IMG/VR virus record: IMGVR_UViG_3300006810_000004
Location: 1 to 57,977 of that record
Reading direction: 5' to 3' (one strand)
DNA from: a virus
Lineage: Duplodnaviria; Caudoviricetes
DNA length: 57,977 nt
Part shown: in pieces, positions 24,135 through 33,346 of the stretch
Layout: every line of letters begins with the position of its first letter
Position numbering within the stretch: the first letter of the stretch is position 1
The notes under the pieces: model-generated
Told to the model about the DNA's origin: nothing
Databases searched by the model: none
Seen by the model: the letters and a program-made list of their open reading frames with translations, nothing else
Position numbers and translations under genes: made by a program

Positions 24135-25975
24135 GACGGACCTATCTCCATATCCACTTTCAGTGGTACTTTAAGTTCAACCGTTTCTTCCATCATTTTC
24201 CTAATCTTGATGGCTTGCTCTTCACTTTCAATTGATACATTCAATTCATCGTGAACTTGTATATGTGATACTATACCTTCTTTATATAAATCAACCATAG
24301 CTTTTTTTGTCATGTCCGCAGAAGACCCTTGAATCAACCTATTTAAAGCTTTATAAGTCCATGCTCTTTTAAGGTCTTTTCCATATTCTCTCTCAGCGTC
24401 TGCTAAAGATAGTGACTTATGTATACCAAATGCTCTCGGTTCCCATAAATCAAAACGACATTTTCTACCTAATAAAGTTCTAAGATATCCTACACTGTCC
24501 GCTTTCTTCGTAGCTTCTTGCATAAGTTGTTTTACGAAAGGAACGTTACCATGAAACTTAGCAAACAAATCTTCTGCTTCATCTGGATTTAAACCCAACT
24601 GACTAGCAAGTTTACCTTTACCCATTCCGTACATCATACCTAAATTAATTGTTTTAGCAGAGGATCGATCAATCCCTGCCATGTCTGCAACTGCTTGATG
24701 AAAGTCAGGGTCCTCTGTTTTGTAAGACTCAATAACTTTATCAGCACCTTTTAAACCACCTTGTGTCAAAGCTGCAAAATGCACTAACACTCTTGGTTCT
24801 TGTTGTGAATAATCAAAACAACCCCACGTACAGTCTTTCTCAGGAACAAAAATAGATCTAATCATTGGTCCGAGTTCCTTGTTTCGTGCAGGAATTTGTT
24901 GAAGGTTCGGGTTACTATAACTAAATCTACCCGTGACTGTACCACCTTCATCACTTCTCATTTGATGTATCTCTGCATGAATCTTACCTTTGTAAGAATG
25001 CTTTAAGATTGTATCTATAAAAGTTGTTCTCGCTTTGTTAATCTCTCTCGCATTAGCTACAATACGTGCAAAAGGATTCCTATGTGTTACTAAAAAGTTT
25101 TTATCAAACTTAGGTTGACCAGACTTTTCTGTTCTTTCATAAGGTATGTTGAGTTTATCAAAAGCTTTAGCGATACTTTTTGCTGCCCATATATCTACCT
25201 CAAATCCGCTGTCCTGTTTAATGCGAGACAGAAATGTTTTCTCTCTTTTCTCTAAACTTCTTTTGATAGAATCAGCCTTCTCAAGATTAACACAAACACC
25301 TTTCCATTTCATATCTAACAAACAAGGAAACAACTCTGTTTCTAAATTAAAGACACTTGTCAATTCTTGTTTAATAATTTCTGTTTTGAAGTATTGCCAT
25401 AGTTTCAAAGTCAGATCGGCATCTTGTTCTGCGTAAGGACCGACATACATAGGCGGCAACTTATACATTTCACCTTTAGCATCGACACCCCATTCCTTTG
25501 CCGCTTCATACAATAAACCTTCTGACTTTGAATCTTGTAAGTATTCTTTTCCTAATTCATTTAAAGAATATCTAAATCTATTTTCATTAATTAAAGGTGC
25601 AGCAATTAAAGTATCTATAATTCTTCCTTTGACTTCTAATCCCCACCAACGTAACCAACCTACGTCATACATAGCATTGTGAAAAACTTTATCACAAGGC
25701 AAGTCTAATATCTTTTTTACCTGTCTTTTAATGATGTTCTCATCAAAATTACCACCACCTTCATGACGTATAGGGAAGTAACCTTTCCAACCTTCTACAG
25801 CAATAGCAATACCTGCAATGTAACCATTACCAATCGCCCAACCTGGCCCCATACTTTTAATACCTGGATCATTTGTTTCTAAGTCAATTGCAATTTCTTT
25901 TGCATCAGATAAATCCGGAATATTTTCTGGAGGTAGCCATTCACTTGGCGGTTGAAATAAAGGTATCTGTGTCAT
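24110..25975 (-). CDS. polA: DNA polymerase family A with 3'-5' exonuclease (Leu762 type)
   Basis: ExoI IDLET, ExoII FHNAMYD, ExoIII YAEQD; motif A DYSQQEPR, motif B RSSAKTINLGMMYG, motif C QVHDEL. Confidence 0.97.
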   Translation of the reverse strand: MTQIPLFQPPSEWLPPENIPDLSDAKEIAIDLETNDPGIKSMGPGWAIGNGYIAGIAIAVEGWKGYFPIRHEGGGNFDENIIKRQVKKILDLPCDKVFHNAMYDVGWLRWWGLEVKGRIIDTLIAAPLINENRFRYSLNELGKEYLQDSKSEGLLYEAAKEWGVDAKGEMYKLPPMYVGPYAEQDADLTLKLWQYFKTEIIKQELTSVFNLETELFPCLLDMKWKGVCVNLEKADSIKRSLEKREKTFLSRIKQDSGFEVDIWAAKSIAKAFDKLNIPYERTEKSGQPKFDKNFLVTHRNPFARIVANAREINKARTTFIDTILKHSYKGKIHAEIHQMRSDEGGTVTGRFSYSNPNLQQIPARNKELGPMIRSIFVPEKDCTWGCFDYSQQEPRVLVHFAALTQGGLKGADKVIESYKTEDPDFHQAVADMAGIDRSSAKTINLGMMYGMGKGKLASQLGLNPDEAEDLFAKFHGNVPFVKQLMQEATKKADSVGYLRTLLGRKCRFDLWEPRAFGIHKSLSLADAEREYGKDLKRAWTYKALNRLIQGSSADMTKKAMVDLYKEGIVSHIQVHDELNVSIESEEQAIKIRKMMEETVELKVPLKVDMEIGPSWGEIQSK

Positions 25976-26268
25976 TTATTTTCTTTATTTATTTTTGACA
26001 CTCTATCATCTATTTCAATCTCTGCTGCAATAGCTGCATATCCTGCAATATCTATATAAGAATCTTCTTTATGTTTTGTCTTCAATCTAGCTATCTTAAG
26101 TAATATCATACAAATAGCTACATCATGTGCTGAAACAGGGTGCCCTAAGTATTCACTCCATAGATTAGCTATGTTTGTGTGAGTTGTAATTTTGTTACCA
26201 TAATCACTAGCTCTATCACCTTGTATAAGTTCTTTTGCTATCTTTAATATATTATCACTCACTGACAT
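25972..26268 (-). CDS. DUF6378-like all-alpha (NTP-pyrophosphatase-like) protein
   Basis: DRASDYG...IANLWSEYL...DVAICMILLKIAR...DSYIDIAGYA. Confidence 0.75.
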   Translation of the reverse strand: MSVSDNILKIAKELIQGDRASDYGNKITTHTNIANLWSEYLGHPVSAHDVAICMILLKIARLKTKHKEDSYIDIAGYAAIAAEIEIDDRVSKINKENK

Positions 26269-26437
26269 CGTTTGACTCCTTTATGTTTTGTATATCTTGT
26301 TTAAGTGTCCTTAGTTCTATCTTTAAAATTTTTAAACGGTCTAAGATTTCTTCTTTTGTTAATGTAAAAGATAGAGATAACAAAATAGTCATTTTTTTAT
26401 CTGTTACTTCTAACTGTTTTAGTAATACGTCTTTCAT
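26255..26437 (-). CDS. Hypothetical coiled-coil protein
   Basis: 60-aa coupled ORF. Confidence 0.65.
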   Translation of the reverse strand: MKDVLLKQLEVTDKKMTILLSLSFTLTKEEILDRLKILKIELRTLKQDIQNIKESNDVSE

Positions 26438-27969
26438 TAAAATGCCTCCGAAAACTCTCTGTTTGTTTTAGATCTAACTATGTTGAGACTTTTCTTTGCT
26501 CTTGTCATACCAACATAAAAGACTCTTCTTTCTTCGTCTTTATCTTTCCAATAAGACTCATCTGTTCTACGAGATAAATCAGTCAACAACATAACGTTGT
26601 CTGCCTCTCCACCTTTGGCTCCGTGTATCGTGGACAGTTTAATCTTCGGAGAGTAATCCAGATTCTGTCCACGACGGAGTACCGCGCGAATATAGGAGGA
26701 CTTAATGCGCGGAATACTGTCTAATGCTTCAAACCAAGGTAAGTTACTATCAACTTTTAATCCGTGATTCGTGGTCAGTGTTTCGTAGTCATACAACGCT
26801 TCTCTGTCTGCTTTTTGCAGTGTCTTATGACCTTTCTCTACTGACTTATCTACATGTAAAAAATAATAAAATTGTTTTACTTCTTTATAGGTAATCTTTT
26901 CACCTTTACGAATACTCTCCCAAGATTTAATACCTTTTAATACTCTGCTATCTACAGAAGTAGTATTATTCCTGGAGTAGTAATAACCATTTAATTTTAA
27001 ATTTTCTTCTAACTTATCAAGAGTATATTTATTACGAGCAAGAACCAACCAATCACCCTCTGTCAACTTATTCAACTGCTCTGTAGGGTAATAATTAATC
27101 TCTCCTTCTTCTTCTCTAGCTGACCATTGCTTATCTACACGTTCTTTTACTCTAGAAATAAGATCAGTTGCTTTCTTTTGAATTTTTAAAGGTAGTCGAT
27201 AAGACTTATCTAATATCTTTCTTTCGCCCTTCATGTTAATTAAAAACTCAGGTCTAGCACCTGCCCACTTAAATATGGCTTGGTCATCGTCTCCTGCAAT
27301 ATAAACTCTCTTTGTTCTTTGTGCTATTCTGTCTACCATTTGCCACTGTAACCAACTTAAGTCTTGTGCTTCATCTATAATAACAACATCAAACTCAGGC
27401 ATCAAGTCTACATCTCTTTTATTAAACTGAATAAGCATATCAGTGTAGTCATATTTCTTTCTTGGAAAGATACCACCAAACTTATACTCATATAGACCTC
27501 TTTCTATATAATCTAATTTTAACCAACCACCTGGTAAATGCCCCGTCGTGGGATTATCAAACTGTTGCTTTGCCGGAATACCGTTAATTTTTGACAGATC
27601 TATTATTCTTGTAAAGACATCATCAGGTAGGCCTGCTCCATATTTTTCTACTTTTTTATTAGGGTTACTTAATTTAATTTGCAATTTATTTGACAAAAAA
27701 GAATAGTCATCATCATTCATAACATCTTCTTCTCTCAAACCTAGTTCTCTATATGCCAAACTGTGAAGTGTTCTAAAGTGTCTAAAGTCTTTTGTGTCGT
27801 AGTTAAAAGTATTAGCAGCTCTACTAAGAGCTTCCTCTGCTGCTTTTTTTGTAAATGCAAAGTAACCAATCTTGTTAGGTGCTACTCCATTCTTTAATTC
27901 TTTTTCTACTAATTGTAATAGATAAGTTGTTTTACCTGTTCCTGGAGGACCAAAGATTATATTTCTCAA
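26437..27969 (-). CDS. uvrD: UvrD/Rep-family SF1 DNA helicase
   Basis: GPPGTGKT, TLHS, IDEAQD, GDDDQAIF, STIHGAKGGEA, YVGMTRA. Confidence 0.95.
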   Translation of the reverse strand: MRNIIFGPPGTGKTTYLLQLVEKELKNGVAPNKIGYFAFTKKAAEEALSRAANTFNYDTKDFRHFRTLHSLAYRELGLREEDVMNDDDYSFLSNKLQIKLSNPNKKVEKYGAGLPDDVFTRIIDLSKINGIPAKQQFDNPTTGHLPGGWLKLDYIERGLYEYKFGGIFPRKKYDYTDMLIQFNKRDVDLMPEFDVVIIDEAQDLSWLQWQMVDRIAQRTKRVYIAGDDDQAIFKWAGARPEFLINMKGERKILDKSYRLPLKIQKKATDLISRVKERVDKQWSAREEEGEINYYPTEQLNKLTEGDWLVLARNKYTLDKLEENLKLNGYYYSRNNTTSVDSRVLKGIKSWESIRKGEKITYKEVKQFYYFLHVDKSVEKGHKTLQKADREALYDYETLTTNHGLKVDSNLPWFEALDSIPRIKSSYIRAVLRRGQNLDYSPKIKLSTIHGAKGGEADNVMLLTDLSRRTDESYWKDKDEERRVFYVGMTRAKKSLNIVRSKTNREFSEAF

Positions 27970-29480
27970 AATGGTGCTTCCTGTTCCAAACTTGGTAAAT
28001 CTAAAGATTGATCTTCTTTCTTTTTATAAGGCACATACCACATATACACTGTTTTATTCTTAACTTTCTTTCTTGTGTCCCCACCACCTAGCTCTCTAAT
28101 ACGAGCACTCATTTGAGTTGTAGAAAAATCTTTAAATCTTTTCTTATCTAAAAAATCTTGCAAAGAGTCCATTCTAAAAAAGGCGCTTTCATTTTCAAAC
28201 CATGCTTTACCTATAAATATTTCATCTATATCCATAGCCGCTCCTTGATCATCTAAGAATGATTCTAGTAAGGTGTCAAACCTACCTTCTTTTCTAATTT
28301 CTTTAGGCATCTCTATAACTTCTACGTCGTTAAGAAGTTGTTGTAATCGTCTAGTCCAATCATTACCATTCATAGGATTAGGAATAATATTAAGATGATC
28401 CATACAAGCTTTCCTAAATTTGTTTTGATCAAACAACTGATCTGTTTCTAATACAATTCTTTTACCGTCTACATTTAAAAACCAAACTGATTGATCACTT
28501 TGATATTTTGTTAAATCAGAAAAACTATGTTCAAAAGAATCACCTATACCAAACTTTCTAGTTTTACAAACTATAGGAGAACAAACAGAACACATAGGTT
28601 GGTCTTTGCATTTAAATTGATAATCTTTCTTTTCGTGTTGTCTAACTGTCTTCTGTACTTGATCTGATCCTAAAGGATTCTCCATATATTTATAATTAAA
28701 TTCATCTATTTTCTTTTTCCATTCATCCGGCCACTTCTTTTTTGCGTATACTGCATATTGATATAAAGTATTATCTCTTCCACCTTCAGGAATACCTTGA
28801 GACATCAACGTTGCTAAACAAGGAGGACCATCATCTAACTGACTAACTTCTTTTTTTCTTTTTACTTTAAAAGCTACTAAGTCTTCTTCATTAGTACAAT
28901 GAGTATCATAGAGTTCATAAAACTCTTCTACAGTGGCGGCTGTTCCGTCGTCCTTGAATGCATATCTATTACTATCATCACCGTTGTGGTAAGGTAAGTT
29001 TAGAAAATTACCTGTATCTCCTCTATCTGCTTTGATCTCTATTTGTTTTGGAAATATTTCACAATTTGCATATCCTATTTCTGCAGACCATTCTAATAAT
29101 TTATCTCTAACTAATCTTGCTTGAACAGGTTGTTTTAAAAATATAAATACATGTGCTCCTCCACTTTTTGAACGACACATAACTAAAGGTAGTTTAAGAT
29201 TTCTTATACCTGTAACAATTTTTTTATAATCTAAAGGATAGACATCTATATCTATACAACCCCACCTACAAGTGGAGTCATCCATAATAGGTATAATACC
29301 TAAACTGGGGTCTTTACCTGCTAAATGATCAACCCACAATCCATCAGTGACTTCTTGTTTTGTTATAAAAGCTTTACCGGATACCTTGCCGTTATCTTTT
29401 TGTCCTTCACTTTTATACTGACCATAGGCTCGTTCCAACCCACTAAAAATCTTTTTAAATTTGTTTACTCTCTCATCCAT
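27966..29480 (-). CDS. Primase (AEP/PrimPol-type with C-terminal PriCT-like region)
   Basis: WGCIDID, RSKSGGAH, EIFPKQ, GNFLNLPY, PPCL...EGGRDNTL. Confidence 0.85.
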   Translation of the reverse strand: MDERVNKFKKIFSGLERAYGQYKSEGQKDNGKVSGKAFITKQEVTDGLWVDHLAGKDPSLGIIPIMDDSTCRWGCIDIDVYPLDYKKIVTGIRNLKLPLVMCRSKSGGAHVFIFLKQPVQARLVRDKLLEWSAEIGYANCEIFPKQIEIKADRGDTGNFLNLPYHNGDDSNRYAFKDDGTAATVEEFYELYDTHCTNEEDLVAFKVKRKKEVSQLDDGPPCLATLMSQGIPEGGRDNTLYQYAVYAKKKWPDEWKKKIDEFNYKYMENPLGSDQVQKTVRQHEKKDYQFKCKDQPMCSVCSPIVCKTRKFGIGDSFEHSFSDLTKYQSDQSVWFLNVDGKRIVLETDQLFDQNKFRKACMDHLNIIPNPMNGNDWTRRLQQLLNDVEVIEMPKEIRKEGRFDTLLESFLDDQGAAMDIDEIFIGKAWFENESAFFRMDSLQDFLDKKRFKDFSTTQMSARIRELGGGDTRKKVKNKTVYMWYVPYKKKEDQSLDLPSLEQEAPF

Positions 29481-29487
29481 GTTTTAT

Positions 29488-29511
29488 AAAAAAAGGGGGC
29501 CGAAGCCCCCT
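29488..29511 (-). terminator. Rho-independent terminator with UUCG loop after the SSB-like gene
   Basis: AGGGGGC-TTCG-GCCCCCTTTTTTT. Confidence 0.88.
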
Positions 29512-29517
29512 AAATAT

Positions 29518-30300
29518 TTAAAATGGTGTGCTTGCTGAAGAAGGCGCGTCTTCTTCATACTTAACTTTACTTTCACCTTTGCTTACACTCTCGTCAAATA
29601 ATTTTGCCTCAGAGTAATAATTAGCATTCGTTAGTTGCTCTTCAATAGTGATTTCCCAACCATGCCAATTACCTTTATCGTTTCCTTCTTTAACAGTTTT
29701 TAATCTGTAAAAGAAAGCGTAAGAAGGAGGTGTAAATAAGCCATTCTTACCTTCTAGTTTTTGTGTTTGTCTCACGGTGTTCCACTTCTTAGACTTTTTA
29801 AGTTGTGTACCCTTCATAGTAATAACTGCCGGAGTTGTGACACCATTTTCTCCTACTACAAGAATAAAATGATTACCACAAGTTTCGATATAATTACCGT
29901 TTTCTAAACGATCTTTATTGTTATCATCGCGAGTTGTTTTGGTAAGAATGTCACTGCTTGCACCATAAATATTTACAGGTGCACTTGTGCCTTGACCTCT
30001 ATCTGTCCATTCTACGTACTGTCTTTCGTAAGCGCAGTGTAGAACTCTAATGCCTTTTAATCCATCGTACAGTTCATTAGTCACTGTATTATAAATCATA
30101 CCTGCTTTTGCACCTTCAATAGTCTCAATCTCAGGTGACAAAGCCATAAGGACTTTTATTCTAGGTGTCGCTAGATCATCTTGTGTAAGATTTTCTAGAC
30201 CCTTACTTGCATCTTTTTCCATCATAGAAATATCCAATGCAGGTAATTTACTTTCGGCTTTCTTTGCAACTGCTTGTTGCGTTGGTTCTTGGTTCGTCAT
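29518..30300 (-). CDS. Single-stranded DNA-binding / replication accessory protein
   Basis: 260 aa in the replication operon; NDKGNWHGW; acidic tail ending PF; followed by a strong terminator. Confidence 0.7.
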   Translation of the reverse strand: MTNQEPTQQAVAKKAESKLPALDISMMEKDASKGLENLTQDDLATPRIKVLMALSPEIETIEGAKAGMIYNTVTNELYDGLKGIRVLHCAYERQYVEWTDRGQGTSAPVNIYGASSDILTKTTRDDNNKDRLENGNYIETCGNHFILVVGENGVTTPAVITMKGTQLKKSKKWNTVRQTQKLEGKNGLFTPPSYAFFYRLKTVKEGNDKGNWHGWEITIEEQLTNANYYSEAKLFDESVSKGESKVKYEEDAPSSASTPF

Positions 30301-30312
30301 TATATGCTCCTT

Positions 30313-30873
30313 TTACTTTTTACTTATTTTGGTTTCGGCGCCAACGAAGACTCCGAAGGTTTCCATGGGCAACTCACTACCTTTAGTGACTTGCTCACGC
30401 ACGAACGCTTTTAGTGTCATAGGTTCTACCCAAACTTTTTGTTGTGGTTGTAACCCTAACCCTTCGACTTTATTTAAAAAGTCAGAGGCAGCATTGTCTT
30501 CCCCTTTTCCGAACGTAGCGGAAACTTGATTTTTGATAAGATCACCATGACCGTTATCACGTAGCCACTGAAAAGCTACTTCTCTATGTTTGACAGGTAT
30601 AGAAGCTTGTATCAGTTGTTTAACTTTTATAACTTCACCACTGTCTAAGCTAATACTCTCTAATCCTAATTCCGACATTTTAGCAGGAATTATTTCTTGT
30701 GACAATTTTCTTTTAAGATTAGATTTAGACTTCAACTGTAACTCTAGCTGATCAATTTCTTCATCTATTCTCACTTGTTGAGAGCATAACTCTGATAACT
30801 CTTTTAAAGAGTCATCTTTAATATTAGGTGATTTTATGTCACCCTCCATTTGGTCTAATAAACTATCCATCAA
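30313..30873 (-). CDS. Conserved replication-module protein
   Basis: IIPAKMSELG...AFQWLRDNGHGDLIKN...VEPMTLKAFVRE. Confidence 0.8.
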   Translation of the reverse strand: MMDSLLDQMEGDIKSPNIKDDSLKELSELCSQQVRIDEEIDQLELQLKSKSNLKRKLSQEIIPAKMSELGLESISLDSGEVIKVKQLIQASIPVKHREVAFQWLRDNGHGDLIKNQVSATFGKGEDNAASDFLNKVEGLGLQPQQKVWVEPMTLKAFVREQVTKGSELPMETFGVFVGAETKISKK

Positions 30874-31189
30874 TTTCTCCTTTCTGATATAAGTCTACTT
30901 CTACGGGATAATATTTAAATTCCATCTTATCCCATTTTAAACATTTAAAGAATCCTCTATTATTATCAGCAGCGATAGAACAGGCTATGCCTATTACAAC
31001 AGGATCACCTGCTAATAATAAATAGTCATCATCATTAAAATCTTTTAATTTCTTTTTTAGTCTCTTAGTTGTAGGTCCTGAACTCAACACTACTTGAGAA
31101 CCCTCTGGCATAAGTAATTGTAACTTACCAAAACGTTCAGCGTCTAATACATTTCTGCCTCTAACTTCTTGGACAACGTATACAGTCAT
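30863..31189 (-). CDS. Hypothetical protein (start revised from 31234)
   Basis: AAGGAG SD before MTVYVVQE; DYLLLAGDP motif. Confidence 0.8.
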   Translation of the reverse strand: MTVYVVQEVRGRNVLDAERFGKLQLLMPEGSQVVLSSGPTTKRLKKKLKDFNDDDYLLLAGDPVVIGIACSIAADNNRGFFKCLKWDKMEFKYYPVEVDLYQKGEIDG

Positions 31190-31204
31190 TCTTTCTCCTT
31201 TGTA

Positions 31205-31252
31205 TTTATCCCAATATAATGATTGACAAAACAAATTGCAAGTATTATTTTT
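31205..31252. promoter_or_regulatory. Overlapping divergent promoters for the replication operon and the SNF2 helicase
   Basis: Plus: TTGACA-N17-TATTTT. Minus: TTGCAA-N17-TATATT followed by GGGATA. 16-bp identity (31235-31250) with the early promoter at 12966-12981. Confidence 0.7.
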
Positions 31253-31277
31253 AAAATAATTCTAAGAAAGGAATAAA

Positions 31278-32729
31278 ATGGATTATAAATTTAAAACAGA
31301 GCCTTATGAGCATCAATTACAAGCTTTAGGGGCTTCACATAATAAAGAAAATTTTGCCTTACTTATGGAAATGGGTACAGGTAAATCTAAAGTATTAGTA
31401 GATAACATAGCTATGTTATATGACAAAGGTAAGATTGATTCTGCTTTGATTATTGCACCTAAAGGTGTTTATAGAAACTGGGAAAAGCAAGAGATACCTA
31501 TTCATTTACCTGATCATGTAAAACATCAAATGATTATTTGGTCACCTAATAAAACTAAAAAACAAGAAAAAGAACTTAATAAATTATTTAAGCATGAAGA
31601 AGAACTTATGATTTTTATTATGAACATAGAAGCTTTTAGTACAAAAAGAGGTACAGAAATGGCTGAGAAATTTTTGTTAAGTCATCATTGTTTAATGGCT
31701 ATAGATGAGTCTACTACTATTAAGTCTACCACAGCATCAAGAACTAAAAATATTTTAAAGCTAAGAAAATTAGCTAAGTATAGAAGAATTCTTACAGGTT
31801 CTCCTGTCACTAAAAGTCCTTTAGATTTGTTTACTCAATGTTATTTTTTAGATCCTTATCTATTAGATTTTCAATCTTATTATTCTTTTAAATCTAGATA
31901 TGCTGTTTTAAAAAGACAACATATGGGAAGTCATTCTTTTGATCAAATCATAGGGTATCAAAGATTAGATGAACTTAATCATAAGTTAAATCAATTTTCT
32001 TTTAGGGTTTTAAAAAAAGATTGTCTTGATTTGCCTGAAAAAGTTTACACAAAAAGATATGTAACTATGACTACAGAACAAAATCAAATATATGATCAAA
32101 TGAAAAATCATGCTTTATCTCATTTAAAAACAGGGGAAGTTGTAACTGCAGCAAGTGCTTTAGCACAAATGATTAAGTTACATCAAATAACTTGTGGTCA
32201 TATAACTACAGATTTGGAAGAGCATGATATTCGTATTCAAGAAATTCCTCACAATAGAATCAATGTTTTAAAAGAAACTTTACAAGAAGTTGATGGTAAA
32301 ATTATTATATGGGCTACATATATACACGACATACAAAAGATAAAAGAAACTTTGGAAGAAGAGTATGGAGTCAATTCAGTTGAAACATTTTTTGGTGGTA
32401 CTGCATCTGACGACCGTCAGGAAATAGTAGGTAAATTTCAAGACATGGATAGTGAACTTAGGTTCTTAGTAGCAAATCCTAGAGTAGGTGGCTATGGATT
32501 AACTTTGACAGCTAGTCATACAGTTATTTATTATTCTAATAATTATGATTTAGAAGTCCGAATGCAATCGGAAGATAGAGCGCATCGAATAGGGCAAGTA
32601 AATAAAGTTACTTATATAGATCTTATGGTAGAAAAAACTGTAGATGAGTTAATTATAAAGTCTTTGAGAAATAAAATTAATTTAGCTAGTCAAGTCTTAG
32701 GTGAAGAGTTTAAAAAATGGTTGGTATAA
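31278..32729 (+). CDS. SNF2-family SF2 helicase
   Basis: MEMGTGKS, IDES, LTGSP, GGYGLTLT, QSEDRAHRIGQ. Confidence 0.95.
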   Translation: MDYKFKTEPYEHQLQALGASHNKENFALLMEMGTGKSKVLVDNIAMLYDKGKIDSALIIAPKGVYRNWEKQEIPIHLPDHVKHQMIIWSPNKTKKQEKELNKLFKHEEELMIFIMNIEAFSTKRGTEMAEKFLLSHHCLMAIDESTTIKSTTASRTKNILKLRKLAKYRRILTGSPVTKSPLDLFTQCYFLDPYLLDFQSYYSFKSRYAVLKRQHMGSHSFDQIIGYQRLDELNHKLNQFSFRVLKKDCLDLPEKVYTKRYVTMTTEQNQIYDQMKNHALSHLKTGEVVTAASALAQMIKLHQITCGHITTDLEEHDIRIQEIPHNRINVLKETLQEVDGKIIIWATYIHDIQKIKETLEEEYGVNSVETFFGGTASDDRQEIVGKFQDMDSELRFLVANPRVGGYGLTLTASHTVIYYSNNYDLEVRMQSEDRAHRIGQVNKVTYIDLMVEKTVDELIIKSLRNKINLASQVLGEEFKKWLV

Positions 32730-33209
32730 TTATTTCATGTTAGCTAGTGGATTAGCTAAAGTTTTTTGAATGGTATCCCTTACTTTTTCTTCTAATTCAA
32801 CCATGTCTTCTTTAATATCTTTAATTGCATTCTTAATATCAGCTTGATTCTCACGAGAATCTTGTTTTTGATTTTGCTCTACGTCTTCAATTATAGATTC
32901 AACTCTTCTTAAATCTGTACGAAGATCATTTTTTAATTCGTTGGCTACGTCAGAAACAAGTGAAACTTCACTTAGTAACATAGTCATTTCTTGCATAATC
33001 ATATCTACTTCGGTTTGTAAGACTTCTAATTTTGTCTCAAATCCACTTAGGTCAGGAGCAGAATAATTCAACATGGTTTGCTTCATGTCTTGATAATCCT
33101 TGAACGCAACAAAGCCTCCGTACAAAGAACCAATAAGAGTTCCAAGAGCAAGTAAGATACCAAAGACCTTACCTCCCTTAAATTTTAATCCACCAAATTC
33201 AGCTTCCAT
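32730..33209 (-). CDS. Membrane-anchored coiled-coil protein
   Basis: N-terminal TM helix, long heptad region, ends LANPLANMK. Confidence 0.75.
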   Translation of the reverse strand: MEAEFGGLKFKGGKVFGILLALGTLIGSLYGGFVAFKDYQDMKQTMLNYSAPDLSGFETKLEVLQTEVDMIMQEMTMLLSEVSLVSDVANELKNDLRTDLRRVESIIEDVEQNQKQDSRENQADIKNAIKDIKEDMVELEEKVRDTIQKTLANPLANMK

Positions 33210-33346
33210 TATTTACCTTGTCCTCTGTATTTTTTGTATGAGCGTCTTTTATGTTTGTTCATTGCTGACATTTTCATACGACCGTTACCAATAGAAGTTC
33301 CTTTAGGCTTGTGCTCTAAATTACTTACTATAGTTTGTTTTGCCAT
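33209..33346 (-). CDS. 45-aa basic protein ending KKYRGQGK
   Basis: Hand translation MAKQTIVSNLEHKPKGTSIGNG...; TAATG overlaps on both sides. Confidence 0.75.
   Translation of the reverse strand: MAKQTIVSNLEHKPKGTSIGNGRMKMSAMNKHKRRSYKKYRGQGK

Noticed and set aside
24110-32729. Inteins or introns in the polymerase, helicases or primase
   Set aside because: ORFs are uninterrupted, of ordinary length, and lack splice-junction or homing-endonuclease motifs
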